Assembly: GCA_009602725.1 (NCBI GenBank)
Contig: WELB01000027.1
Span: forward strand, 829,121 to 893,120
Length of the DNA: 64,000 nt
DNA from: Spirogloea muscicola
Taxonomy: Eukaryota
Reading direction: 5' to 3'
Part shown: piece by piece, positions 34,026 to 47,025 of the stretch
Numbering within the stretch: position 1 is the first letter of the stretch
Layout of the letters: each line of letters begins with the position of its first letter
Position numbers and translations under genes: made by a program
Notes under the pieces: model-generated
Told to the model about the DNA's origin: nothing
The model's database searches: none
What the model saw: only the letters and a program-made list of their open reading frames with translations

Positions 34026-36168
34026 GCCGCATCCACACCCGGCGCGCCGACCTCGTCGCCAACGCGCTCGGCGGGGGGCCTCGGCTCATCGCCGACGTTG
34101 TCACGACTGACTGCTTTGTTTCCAGCAGCGCCAAACGCTCGTCGGAGGAGGCTGGCTACGCAGTCGGCCAAGCGGCGGGCGAAAAGGAACGGAAGTACTC
34201 GGACCACCCGGTGGGAGACGAGTTTGTTCCACTGGCAGTAGACGTGCACAGAAGCTTTGGCTCGAAATGGCTCGACTTGCTCCATCGCCTGGCGCGGCGT
34301 GCAGCGGCCCGCCGCCTCGGTCAGCAGGGCGAGCAGCCCGGCTTCAACGTTGCCGGGTCCCTCGCTCAAGTCTTCCGTATGCGTTTGGCCGTCTCGATGC
34401 AGCGGTCCCTTGCCTTCGCGGTTCACTTGCGCGCAGGCCGAGCTTTGGCGGCGGCCTCCGGCTTCCGTCAGGGCGACGTCTTTCCGCCAGCTAGCTACTC
34501 AGACTTGCATCTCCTGACTAGAGGTTACTGAGCGTTCCCTGGCTGATGTCTTAGTCTTAGTCGTTCAGAGAAGAAAGTGCTCGCCCATTGAGAATAGGGG
34601 CTGGAAAAGCCAGCCCAAAAAAGAACAGAGTACGAGAAGCTGCTTTGTTTCTTCCGTTCGCACTCCGGCTCCTTCAGAACTTGTCCATTCCTTTGGGCTG
34701 GCCTTTCCCAGCCACCAGTCAATCTGGCCGCACTTCTCTCTTCTCTATTGCGTCTCTGACCTGGGGCTGCTTAGCAGGGGTTACTGAGTGATCCATAGCT
34801 GCTTTGTGTGCTTCTTTTTCTTAGCGCTTCCCCTGGCCCCCTTCTCGTCCTTCGCTTCGCTTGGGGCTGGCTTTTCCAGCCCCTATTCTCAATGGGCGAG
34901 CACTTTCTTCTCTATGGGCGGGCACTTTCTTTAGACACTTGTGCATTGCTTTGTGCTGGCCTCTTCCAGCCACCAGTAGATGTGGACGCGCTTTCTTTTT
35001 GCCCCCATTGGGAGAGCCACATTTTCCTCGCAGCGATGTCGCCATCACACGCTTCCCTCTTCTTCCCCCTAGTTTACCCTAGACTCTGCCTTAACAATGT
35101 GTCGGCTTGAATTGGCCTCCATTTCATTTCATGCGCCCCGCGCGCCTTCTTCCAGACCTTTGCGATAAGGGGGCGAACCCCCTTGTGTGTTGTAGCGCTT
35201 TCTTGTCCATTCCTTTGGGCTGGCCTTTCCCAGCCACCAGTCAATCTGGCCGCGCTTTCTTTCTGCGCGGCCGGCTCCCTGGCCCAGGTTTTCTGGATGC
35301 GGCTCTCCGTGTCCCTTCAACAGAAGAAAGTTCTCGCCCATTGAGAATGAAGAATATTGAGAATAGGGGCTGGAACAACCAGCCCGAAAAAGAATGAACA
35401 GAGTACGAGAAGGGGGCCAGGGGAAGCGCTAAGAAACAGAATCAAAGCAGCTACGAGACACTCAGTAACCCCTGCTAAGCAGCCGCAGATCAGAGATGCT
35501 GGGCTCCTGGAAGTGGGTCCCCTGGCCAGAGCCAGAGGCAGCAGCGACTGCTTCCCTCGCTCATGCCGTCCACTCGCGCGCGGGCCGTGCTCTTGTAGCA
35601 AGTGTATCGCATGCGCTTGGCCGTCTCGCTGCAGAGGTCCATGGCCCGTGCGCTGCACCTTCGTGCCGGGAGAGCCCTCGCTGCTGCCTCTGGCTCTGTC
35701 CAGGGGACCCACTTCCAGGACCCTAGCCTCTCTGATTTGCGGCTGCTTAGCAGGGGTTACTGAGTAATTTGTAGCTGCTTTCTTTCTTTGTGTGCTTTGG
35801 TTTCTTAGCGCTTCCTCTGGCTTCCTCTGGCCCCCTTCTCGTTCTTTGTTCATTCTTTTTTGGGCTGGCTTGTCCAGCCCCTATCCTCAATCGGCGAGCC
35901 CTTTCTTCTTTCTTCTGCCAGCCCCTCTCTTCTATGGGCGAGCTCATCTTCTTTTCTGGCCCCTTCGGGCCTTGTCCATCCTGTCGGGCTGCCTTTCCCG
36001 AACGAAGAAAAGAGAGAAAAGTAACGAAGGAACGAAACAGCTCTCCCAATGTAACTTTTATGGAAGAGCCTGCTTTCGAAGGGCTGCCGGTAACATATTT
36101 CGGCTTCCCCTGCCGCTCCCGCAGTGCCGCCTGCCTGCCGCCGACTTGGCCCCGCCGCTGCCGCCGCC

Positions 36169-38959
36169 ATGATGCCCGGCGGCGCCGGCGAGGTCCACGC
36201 CTACGACGGCGGCCGCCCGGGCGCGCCGCCGCTGCACGGCGCCTATGGCTCCCACCCCTACGACCTGCCGCAGCCCCCGAGCCCCTACGGCGGCGCCGCC
36301 GGCCCGGCTGCATATTACCACCAACCGCCGCACCTGTACGCCCCGCCGCCTCCGCAGCCGTCGTCGCCCGCCCCGTCGCACCACGGCGGGTACGAGAGCC
36401 CCGGGGCAGTCATCTACGAGGCCTTCCCGCAGCGGCCGCACGCCGGCGGCGGCAGTGACGACGCTCCCGGAGCTGCTGGCGGCATGTCTGCCGATGGCGG
36501 AGCGCAGCGCTTCCGCGTGAAGCTCCTCGCTGACGGCGAGGCGCCCAAGGACGTTACGTGCCAGGCGAGCCCCACCGGCTTCCCACAATCCTCGCTGCCG
36601 CGCCAATTACAGCAGCCACCACAGTGCCCGTTGTCGCCGAAGCTGGCCGTTAGTGATCGCGGGCGTCGCTCTTGACCTTGCCCACTGCCGGCTGCCGTTG
36701 GCCGGACGCTGCTCGCTACCTTCACGTCGCGTCCTCACGAGGAGCATAGTCGGCGGCGGAGCTCCGCGGCGTAGGCGTTTTGCAGTCTCTCTGAGAGCTC
36801 TGGCATGGGAACTGCGTGCAGATTGGTCTGGACGGCGTGCGGATGCTGGAGCCCGGCTCGGGCCGCTCGCTGCGCATCTATCCCCTAGAGACCATCACGC
36901 GCTGGGCGGTCAGTTGCCTCTCAGCCTGGGCTCATCTTTGGGCTGCCGCTGCTGAGCAACAGGAAAAGGAGGCGTTGGGACAGAAGTAAGGTGACGCCCA
37001 GTTGTGCCCCGAGAGCCCTGTGTGCAGGTTAAGGAACCGGCGGTGTTCACCTTCTGGGCGAAGAGTGCGGTGGATTTCGAGCAGCGTACCGTGCGCCTGC
37101 AGTCGTCAGCGTACACGACCACAGCCATCCTGGACGCCCTAACGGCTGCTTGCATACAGGTCCATACTGATGCCACACACATACGTAGCACCTTGTAGTT
37201 GATTATTGGGTGCACGTTGTCATCATGAACGTGCTCAGCTTAAGGGGTATTCCAATTCGTGCAGTTGTGTGAGATGCTGGGTAAGGACGGCCAGCGGGCG
37301 GGCGGCGGTGGGGATGCTGCAAGCCCCAGCAAGGGGGGCTTGGAAGGGCCCGGTGGTGGCAGCGAGCAGCCGCGGCGTGCATCGTCCATTGCTGACTGGG
37401 TCGTCTCACGGAGCCGCGCAGCCGCTCAAGAGGAGAAGCAGCACTGGGTAGGCCAGTCAAGGCCGCGGCATCCACGCCCTTTGCGCCCCTCCTCCTGTTT
37501 GCTTAATCGCAATTGCAGACACAAGCTGGCTGTGGGCGCCATGTGCTGTCACCTCCATGCACGGGCCTGCAACATCTGTGCTATTGGCACTGGTCCTGGC
37601 AGGTGCCTGACGAGGCCGTCGTCAAATGCAGCAGCTGTTCTTCCGACTTCGGGACCTTCAATCGGCGGGTGCGTTGAAGTGATGGCCCTTCTTGCATATT
37701 CAGTGCTACTCTTCAGATTTCACTGTACATCTTTGGTTGATAAATGGCAGCTTATTGGCCAGTGCTGCTTCTGCTGTCGCAATCTGTGCAGCACCACTGC
37801 CGCAATTGTGGCGACATTTTCTGCGACAAGTGCACGCGAGGCAGGACACCATTGACTGCTGAGCTGGATGCCTTACCTGTGCGCGTCTGCGATCGCTGCC
37901 TGGTGCGTATATCTCTGCTCTAGCAAAGCCTGTTCTTCATAGTATTTTTCCTTCTTGTGCACAGAAGCACAAAAGCACGTGCAGCATGTCAAGACAAAGC
38001 TGCTTGAGCTGGTGCTTGAGTTGTGACTGCAAGCTCTGACTCGTCGAGCGCAGGCAGAAGTGACTCAGCGACTCAGCAACATCCAAGAAGGGGGAGGAGC
38101 GAGTTTGGCCAAGGCGTCGAGCCAGCGCACACACGAAGACCTTGCTAAGAAGTTGCGGGTATGAGGTCCCTTTCTCAGTGGAAGTGCCAGTGGCAGGACG
38201 ATTTGTCGTGTTTCGGAATACGCAGCTGCCGTCGAAAGCTCTCGCTTCACAGTGCTGGTATTACAACAAGTTACAACGTCGTCTGATTTTCTTGGGGTTG
38301 CTAAGCTGCACCTATTGTGCATTGGCAGGATGAGATGGAGCAGAATGCTGCACGTCAGACGACCAGCAGCAACGGCAGTGTTGGTGACACTAGCTCGAGG
38401 TCCGAGGGCAGCGGTCGGACGACCGTGGTGACCTGTGGGAAGTGCAGCACTGTGTCGCTGGTGCCAGAGGCAGCTGCAGCAGTGTGCCCGGCGTGTTTTG
38501 CGACTGTGGACGGGGGCCTCCATGGCAGCTCTGCTGCCGTCAGCGATCACTGGTATGGCAACAGCATGGGGCAGCTGCCGCCTGGCCCGCCCCACTTGTG
38601 GCCTGCCAGCGGCGGCGGCGGCAGCAATGAACCTGTCATGCGCAACGTGGCCTGCCCGACATGCACTGTGCATCTTCAGGTCCTCTTGCATCCCTCTCAA
38701 GTCCAGGCTCTAGTACCGCACCTCTGCCTATCCTTCCTTGCTTGCTTGATGGCAGTGTGGCAGTGTGAAGTGCAGATGAGTAAGTAGTAGGTGCATTGCA
38801 GTGCACCTGACGCGGTGTGACCTCACGAATTTACCCCTCAATCTGAATTGTTAAATCCTGAGTCCTACTTTCATGCAGGTACAGATTCCTGCGCATGGCA
38901 CTGAGACTGTGGAGTGTGGCGTCTGCCAGCACCCGTTCTTGGTGGCTGCAGAGTGCTGA
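36169..38959 (+). CDS. FREE1: FYVE domain protein required for endosomal sorting (FREE1/FYVE1), ~9 exons
   Basis: Pro-rich N-terminus. PH-like FRVKLL..DVTCQ|IGLDGVRML..LRIYPLETITRW. FYVE EEKQHW|VPDEAV..RR|HHCRNCGDIFCDKC..VRVCDRC. AEVTQRLS, HEDLAKKL. C-terminal VACPTCTVHLQ|VQIP..ETVECGVCQHPFLV. Confidence 0.93.
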
Positions 38960-40000
38960 GCAAGAGGGCAAATTATGGATTGAATCAAGACAATTCCTGA
39001 CAAGCTACAAGCTACTTTAGCAAGGCAAGCAGATTATGTACAGTCAGGTGGAGGTCTTGTGGTGATTACTATGACAGGACATTGTCATTACCATCTCTGT
39101 GCCTTCCCAGCTCCAGACCTTACATGTATATTTGTCGCCCCTGCGCGTGGATATCCTGCTGAATGCTCTAAAGACCCTGTCAATGCACTTGGGCAGCACA
39201 TAATTGCAGACAGATGCTTGCAGATGAAGTATCTCAGTGGGCTGACAAGGCGGTTGGAAGATGACTTGGGACTCTGTATTCAGTGACTAAGATGCATCAA
39301 GATCATCTGGATCGCTTCATGATCAATGTCAGCAGCGTGGCAGACATTAGCATAAAGCAAGGCATTGCAGGCAGTTGGCATAAGTTGGTCATCTGCTTGG
39401 CATCTTATAAGTGTGATGCCTCAGCCCTGTAAGGTCTTCTGTTGGAGCAGCTAGGGGAGATGATGCTGAAGCTCATGTCGCCTGAGCAGAGGACTCAAAA
39501 CTACAGGCATGCAGATGTGGCATATTGAAGCAAGTGAAAAGCTGCTGCGAGAGAGCTTGTTGTCAGGATCTCTGACAGTAATATATCTGAGAGAGAGGAA
39601 CAGCGTTCTGGTATGAAGGTGGGGCTTGAAGGACCAATGAGTCAAGGTCCTGGCCAGCTATCCTAGCTAGCATCTCTTACCACTACCGAGTGCCAAAAGC
39701 AGCACCACTCGGGCGTTAGGTTTTGGGGTTGGCAACAGCTTCAGTGTGTAGCACAAAGCTCAAAGAGCCCGTACTTCAACGTTCTTGGAATTGCTATTAC
39801 TTTGAAGCTGTTGTCCAACTTGCTTGCTGTCTCAGCCTGCAGGTCGCGAAGAGCTTGCTGGAAGTTGCTGTCACAGCTGCGTAGCAGCGGGCAGGCCTAG
39901 CCCGCCCCGAGCTGGCCATGTCTCCTCCACAAGCACTGCAAATCCGGCCTGGCCGCGTTCTGTCGATGCCGTAACGGTGCCAGCCGAGTGCGGGCAGGCC

Positions 40001-43000
40001 ATGCGGCGGTCCAAGCGCCCGCGCGTGGTGCGCGACTATGCCAAGCTCGACGAGGAGGGCGCCACCGACGATGACGACGGCGACGACGGCGACAAGGGCA
40101 GCGGCGCGAGGAGCGGGGCGTCGGCCAGGCCGGATCACAAGGCGCTGTTCAGGAGTGTCATCGAGGTGGTGGCCGCTGACGGCCGCCGGCGTGGTGATGG
40201 AGGCCGCGTAGGGCCCGCGCCCTTCGTCCGGGTCCTGGGCGCTGCGGAGGCGGCCTCGGCGCTGCGGCGCGACGAGCTCCTGTCTCCTATGGTCATCCGG
40301 GGCCTCTCAGGCCGCCCCAACGACGCCATGGGAATGAGGTTGGTCGACAAGCACTGCATGAGCACATCACTCTGTCTGGAACTTTCTCGGCACTGCCTGA
40401 GCTGCTCTTGCTGCGGCGGAGCGTGGCAGGGTGCCGGTGGAGGCAGCGAGCTCCGAGCTCTTGGTGCAGCTCGTGGGGAGCAGCAAGCCCGTTGCGACCT
40501 ACGACGTCGCTGCCCAGGTCGGCATGCCACCTGCCGTCTCGACCCCTGTCTATTGCGCCCAGCCAACGTGCATGCATGGCCAAGGATGCACTGCTCCAGG
40601 AAGTAGGTGTAAGGGAGAAGTTCTGAAGTCAAGGACTTTCAAGGTTTGAGAATCTGCTTTAGTTCGACGTCAGCGGGCGTCCTCACGGCAAGCTAGCTCG
40701 GTGTCATGGCCGAGGAGCAGGGTGCTGGCCCGCAGTACAGCATGAAGCAGTGGGCCAGGTACATGGCCTCGCCGGCGCCTCGGAAGCCACTGCTGGCGCT
40801 GCCCGCCCTGGATGTCTCAACCACGGCTCTGGCCAGCATGGTACGATAAATGAGGTGCTCTGCCTGGACCAACTGGGACACCTGGCTTTCTATTAAGAAG
40901 ACGCTAAGGCCACCAGTTGTGCGCTCTAGCCAAGAGGCTGCTGGACAATCACCCTGCCCGCCCGTGTCTGCTCTTCCTGCTGCAGTGCTGACCTGTGTGG
41001 CTCAACCTCAATGATTCATAACCACAACAGAAAACCCTAGATTGTGTCCTTCAGCCTGGAACCTAGACCCAATCAGGGCCCATCTGCCCTTGCATGGAGT
41101 TGCAGATGCGGCTCTAGACCTTGACCATCAAAATCCCGTTCTGCTCCTTTGTTGGCTTCTCTTGCTGCTCCGCAGGTGAGGGCTCCAGATGTAGTCGCGG
41201 AGGTAGACTTGCAGGCAAAGGTTTGGCCATCGAATGCTCCTGCGTCCTCGCAGGTCAGTAGTCTAATGGCTTCGTTGTAAACTGGCGTGATCTAAAGTCG
41301 TGTACAGGGTGTGGTTCATAATATACAGCAGTGGCAGGAAGCCGGAAGAAGTGTTCAGAGCTGTGCTTTGATCTTTTTCCCTACTAGTAATACTCTGACT
41401 TCTCACTTGGATTCAGGCTCTTTTTGCTGCAATCTCCTGATGAAGAATCTGCTTAACCTCTCTCAGAGCCCTCCAATAATTTCAGTACTATGCGCCTGAT
41501 CCAGATGCTTTTGGCCGCGTATGGAAAGAACTGCATCTTGAATTTTGTGATTGCGCCACAAGGCTCGTCTCTCTGGTTGCATATTGTCCAGTAAGTTACT
41601 ACTACGTGACGTGTTCCCGTTTTATACGAACAATGCAACCGTGGCCTCTGATGCTCTCTCTCAGGATCCCTGACGCTGAATGTTTGTGTCAGGGGCAGAG
41701 TTGCACTTGTCGTAGCTCCACCAACTGCTGCTAATCTGCACAAATATGAACGGTGGTGCTTCAACAAGAAGGTACTTTACTCACCTGCACGACCCTCTCG
41801 TTTGATTTTTCCAGGCCATGGTTCTTCTTGGGCCCCAACGCTTCAGAGTAGTAGCCAAGATATTGAGGAGTCATTGTAGAGGGATCAATGAAGCACGTCG
41901 GATTGCCATGCTTCATCTGCTATTCCCTTAGCAGCCTCAGCAGGCTGTGCATATGACAGGTTGATAATTTCCTCGATACGGCCGTCTCCTGCCGCAAGTG
42001 TGAGCTCCATGCTAGTGACACACTCATCCTGTGAGTCCCCTGTCCCTCTGGCATTTGCTGCAACTCCGTCATTGCTTTGCATTACAGGTTGTAAGCTCAA
42101 ATCCTCATGGTGGCGATGACAAGGCACTATGGTTGATTGCCCTCCTCGTGTTGATCACACTCTTGCTCTGCTTTGCTCCCTGCAGACCTGGTGGCTGGGC
42201 TCACACCATAGCGGCAGTTGAAGACACATTGCTCCTGGGCGGCAGCTTTCACACTCCCTACAACTTCCCACTGCAGCTTCACCTATATCCTCCATGCACC
42301 ATCTAATGTGCTGCCTCCGCTACACAACGTGACTGTGAGAAGCACCACATAGGGTGTGCATAGCCAGTGGTAGCACATGCCAGAGCATGCCAAGGCGTCT
42401 TCAAAAGTGCAGAATCCTTGACTTTATGCAATTGACTTGGGGAAATCACGTGTGGTATGGAGGAGCGCCTAGGGAGGCCATCCAGTGGCAGCCTGACGTT
42501 ATACCAACAGCTCATGTGGTACAATGCTGGCAGACTTTCCAGGATGGAACAGGATGCATAATGATAACTTTGGTGTGCTATCCTTGTTCAAGTATTCATC
42601 AGTCAGTGCATTCTCCTTCAATGAGTCTCACTGCCACGTTCAAAGGCAGCTGCCACTTGTTGGGACAGGTATGCAGGAAGGTGGTACTTGAACTTTCTCC
42701 GGGGCCAAGGACGGGCTGCTGAAGATACGAGCATCAGCTTGAGCGAAAGAGAAAGAGAAGGTGTGCCGTTCCTTCTCGCCCTCCTCAAGTCTTGGTCCAA
42801 AAAGGTGTGCCGCTGCCTACACCAAAGCATTTGTCACACGCTTTGCAAGCCCCCAGAGTGGAGGCTCTTGTTGGTACAATCCAAGCCTCCCTGGTCGGGA
42901 AAACTGTGCAGAGGATGAGTAGCTGAAGTGAGACTTGTGGTCTTGCCTTTCAAGGTCAAAGCTCCAAAGGCCACCTGGCGAGGCCTAGCTAATTCTGGTG

Positions 43001-44245
43001 CAATGCTAGCCGAACTTGGTCGCAGAGTACAGGTGAGCTCTTCATGCTCTCTGAGTATGACAATCAAAGTATTATTTATACAGTCATGATCACAGGCATG
43101 CTTGGTAGAGCACCAAGAGTATCAATCGCGTGAAGAAGACAATGTCAGGTGTTGTTGTGCCTCTATCTCACCAACAGATGAGCAGTGCACGCACCAGCTA
43201 AGTTGGCATCACTGATGTAGCTATGTCGTTTCTGCAGATGATACGTCCTCGTGGGGGTGATCGAGCTGCTGAGTTCCAACAAAGTCCCAACAAGATCCGA
43301 ATCACAGTGAGCCAATACGCTCTCTCGAAGTCCATGTCTTCATTAGAATCCTGTGAGACAGGAGATTTCACTGGGGAGAAGTATGTGCTTAGCTGACGTC
43401 TTCGATGCTGACATGACGATGTTCAAGGACGTGTATGGCAGTTGCAATCGCCTGTTAGAGATATGGCTGGCGGAGCCAAGTGGACAGTCAAGGTAGATTG
43501 CTCCTCAGCTGGAGACCTCTGAAATGTAGCAGATTGATTGTTGTTGCCTTTTATCGTGCTAGTATATGGTCTGCAGGATCTTAGCCGTCCAAGTCAAATT
43601 TGTGGCCATGGGCAGACATCAGCATTTTGAAGTCCTGTCTCCCATTGGCATGCAGAGAACGGGGGACAGACTGGGCTCGTCAGACGATGACGAATATGTG
43701 CCCCCCCCGGGTTCTCTGAGCGACAACGACGAATCCGATGCCTTCGAGAGGGGACAGGATGCTGCTGAGGCGGTGGAAGATGATGACCTCTCTGCAGATG
43801 ACCGTGGCTCCAGGCGGCATAAGAAGGCCATCTCTGGGCCAGCCCATAAGGTGGAGTTCTAGTATCAAAAGCTTGCTCAATTTCGTGTACTGCCAAGATC
43901 TGAATCGACCTCAAAGGATCTATGATAGCCTGTCCTTCCACAGTTTCAGTGCTGGAACCTCATGATATGCTCGTTCAATCTGTCTGCAGCTCATTCTATG
44001 TATGACGGCTGAGACTTGGTTATTGACCTTCACATGGTTGCAGACTGATATCAGAGTCGTTCATTTCGCGTATGCAGAGCTCAAAGGAGCAAGCAGGTGA
44101 CTGGCGAGGCGGGCCGCCTGTGAAGAAGCCGCCAGCGCCCACAGGTGGGGTGCGGGCCCGGCTCCTGAAGAAGATGAGGCTTGATCCTCGCGCAGGGCTG
44201 ATGAGCCCCAAGGTGAAGCCGGCAAGGCCGCCAGAGCTCTCCTGA
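40001..44245 (+). CDS. JmjC-domain protein of the JHDM1/KDM2-PHF8 type, predicted catalytically inactive; multi-exon
   Basis: VGSSKPVATYDVAAQ, YSMKQWARY, VRAPDVVAEVD..WP, GSSLWLHIVQ|GRVALVVAPPTAANLHKYERW, CELHASDTLIL|PGGWAHTI..DTLLLGGSF. C-terminal VRARLLKKM. The start and the 3' exons are less certain. Confidence 0.8.
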
Positions 44246-44877
44246 AGTCTCCTGAAACTTACATTCCAATCCAAGATCACAATCCTACACCCTACCAGTC
44301 CACGATAACCCAACTCACTGGCTTGGAGCACCAGGTGTGTCAAGGCCGGAGGCAGCTGCCATGTACTTGCAATGTGCTGCCATGGCTTGCCAGCACTGCT
44401 AGCAAGTGCAGGGAGGTCATGGTCCATATAGCAGTCACTTCATGCAACAGTTGTGCAGCTCAATTCCCTAATGCCCAGATCCTTCGCAAACACAGAGTCA
44501 TGATGCATTGTTAGCTGCTGCAAATGTGAAGTGTTTCTTTGAGCACACACCAGGCCTGGGATTTTGTATGCATCAAGTGTGAACACTGCCCCCATGCCTC
44601 CGGAAGAGATTGCGTCTTTGAAAGCTCAAAAATGATGACCACAGCACGTGCCGACCTCCGACTGACTTGTAAGGAGGGACCCCATCTCAACCAATGCATG
44701 GGACGCAGAGGGATGATGTTGTCGAGGTCAATCGCATTCACCAATGGAAGGCAACAACAGACAGGGCGGGAAAAAGCCGGCAACATGGCCGACATTAAGG
44801 GCAGTAACGACAATGCTTTGTAGCACATCGTGTAAATTGTTCTTTGACCTTGCTTCTGTCTCCCCCTTTGGCAGTAA

Positions 44878-46757
44878 CTATCTCAAACCAACGATCTTGC
44901 GTTCGCCTGTTGTCAGCATCATTGTGGCATCCCATAGCTCCCGGCCGATCTCTTTGTCCTGGGCAAGCCTTGACGGAGATAGGAATGTGCTTCCAAAAAC
45001 ATAGCCTCCTGACGCCTCCTGCAAGATTCCTCAAAATTTGATGAAGACCATAGCATGTGAGACAAGCACGCTCTACTACCGTTCTTGCCAGCATCAAGGT
45101 TTCAAAAACAGAAAGGATAGATCGTATATCACATCATTTGATCCAGGACACAAAACAATCAAACATGTGTTCACAGTGAATAGTCAGGGCTAACCTCGGG
45201 GAGATCGATAGCCAACATGACGGTCGCAGCTGCCTGCTCTGGCGACCTCAGGACGCCCAGGCAGCGCCCAACACCAAAGCCCAGCTTCACGTACCACGTT
45301 GGCAACTCTCGGAGAAGATGTGTCAAGACCAGCCCGGGGTCAACAGCGCTGCAAGCGCAGAGAAGAGTGCAAGTACTTATTCTCTAAAGCCACGGTGACC
45401 CGGCACAATGATGCTGGCAATCGGTGCACTTGATTGCCCAGGCAGTATTGACTCTTTGGAAGCAATGCGAAGAGCTGTGATACACACTGCAGGCATCGAG
45501 CAGATGATCTCATTGTCCCAGATTGAGGGGTCAGGATAAGAAGCTGTTGGATTAGGACGAGGCCTGCTGGAAGTCGGCAGATTGGTGCACTTACACACAG
45601 CTCACGCGGCTGCAATCAGCTGAGCAGCGAAGTTGTCGGTGGAGCTCCAGAGAGAACATAGTCATGCAGACTGACAAGCATGCCCCAGCGTCGTGAGCCA
45701 GATATTAGAGAAGGTTAACAGCGCCACAATCACCTGGAAAGGGCATGGAAGCCTGCGACCAGAACCGCTCACTAGGAGCACCCCTGCTGTGACCTGACGT
45801 TCACGTCTGGGCCGACACTAATACCTTGACCACAGACCGGAAATAGACACAACCTCAAGCCCTGGACAGTTAAACCAACCTAGTCACAGGCTGTGCCTCC
45901 TGAATCCAGATTACCGCCGATCTCACAATCTGACTCATGTACGGGCTCTGCTGGTGACGACAGAGAACTTACGCTTGGAAGCTGCGTAATTAGGTGCAAA
46001 GGCATAGGGGCGGGTGGCAGCACGCGGCCCCTCGTGTGCCAAGTCGGACGTGGCACCGGCTGCCAGCGACGCCGGGTCTACGTGCAGCTTCCTCACTGCC
46101 AAGCAGAGCACAGCAGTCGGAAGTGGTCATGGCCATCTGGAGGTTGCTGTCTCTGGACACCAACTGCTGTTGCAGTGGCAGCATCGAGCGGCTGCGGCGC
46201 ACCTGCACGGTGGGTGTAAGGAGGCGAGGTTGATGACTCTGGCGGGCAACGGGGCGGCGCACAGCATGGGCAGGAGGAGCTGCGTGAGCAGGACGGGCCC
46301 CAGGTAGTTGGCGGCCACCATGCTGCCAGGGAGGGGATAGCGCGTGTCAGCGCTGCAGTCCTCGACTCCATCAGAGCTGGCACAGGCTTCCCGAAGCCTC
46401 GTCCGACGAATGCCGGGTGGTAGCGGGGAGCACCGGACCAGTCGAGGTCGTCCTCAGTCCAGCGGCGGCGCGCGACGACGGCGCCGGCGTTGTTGACGAG
46501 CAGCTGCAGGGGCCGGCGCGCCGCCGCCAGCGAGTCCGCCAGGCGCGCGGCGAAGCGCCGCACCGACGCCTGGCTGCGCAGGTCCAGCTCCGCGGCCTCC
46601 ACCGACGCTCCCGCGCCCAGTGCCCAGATGGCCGCGGCCGCCTTGCGCAGCGGGCGGGTGGGCAGAGGTCACTGCCACTGCGGCCGTCGGGGCAGGCCGC
46701 CGGGCCCGGGGCGCGCGCCCGTACCTGCTCTGCCCGGGCCAGCGACGGGCACGCTGC
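44878..46757 (-). pseudogene. Short-chain dehydrogenase/reductase (retinol dehydrogenase-like); 5' exon(s) missing, one frameshift
   Basis: ELDLRSQASVRRFA, LLVNNAG, ANYLGPVLLTQLLLP, RVINLAS, YAASK, AVDPGLVLT, SPEQAA, RELWD. No TGxxxGIG exon was found. Frameshift at ~46218. Confidence 0.75.
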
Positions 46758-46974
46758 GGCGGCGCCGGCGGTGATGCATTTCATGACTCGAGGCATGCAT
46801 CTCATGTTCCATTAGTGTAGCTACTCAACGCATGAGCACTGCAATGCAAGGTCTAACTGGAAAAACAGTAGGGGCGCCTAGTGGGTCAGCAGACATACGG
46901 CGCTTGTGCCACCAAGAGCCCATATTGCCATATGGCATACAAAGGTTCACACTTTCAACGCCCGTAAAAATGAG

Positions 46975-47025
46975 TCCTCTCCAGTAGAAGGCGATGGCTG
47001 TGACTGGCCAGCCCAGAAGAAGGAA
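46975..47025 (-). mobile_element. Isolated CRE-like terminal motif
   Basis: TTCTGGGCTGGCCAGTCACAGCCATCGCCTTCTACTGGAGAG, the same motif as 13565-13606. Confidence 0.7.

Larger units (their letters stand above)
30085..36010. mobile_element. ~6-kb nested cluster of CRE-like fragments (families A, B, C, C2, G) upstream of FREE1
   Basis: RGY*-type ORF ends at 30267, 30928(-), ~31973, 32460, 33904, 34531, ~34787, ~35462(-) and ~35763. Many terminal hairpins and nested insertions with short target duplications. Confidence 0.92.
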
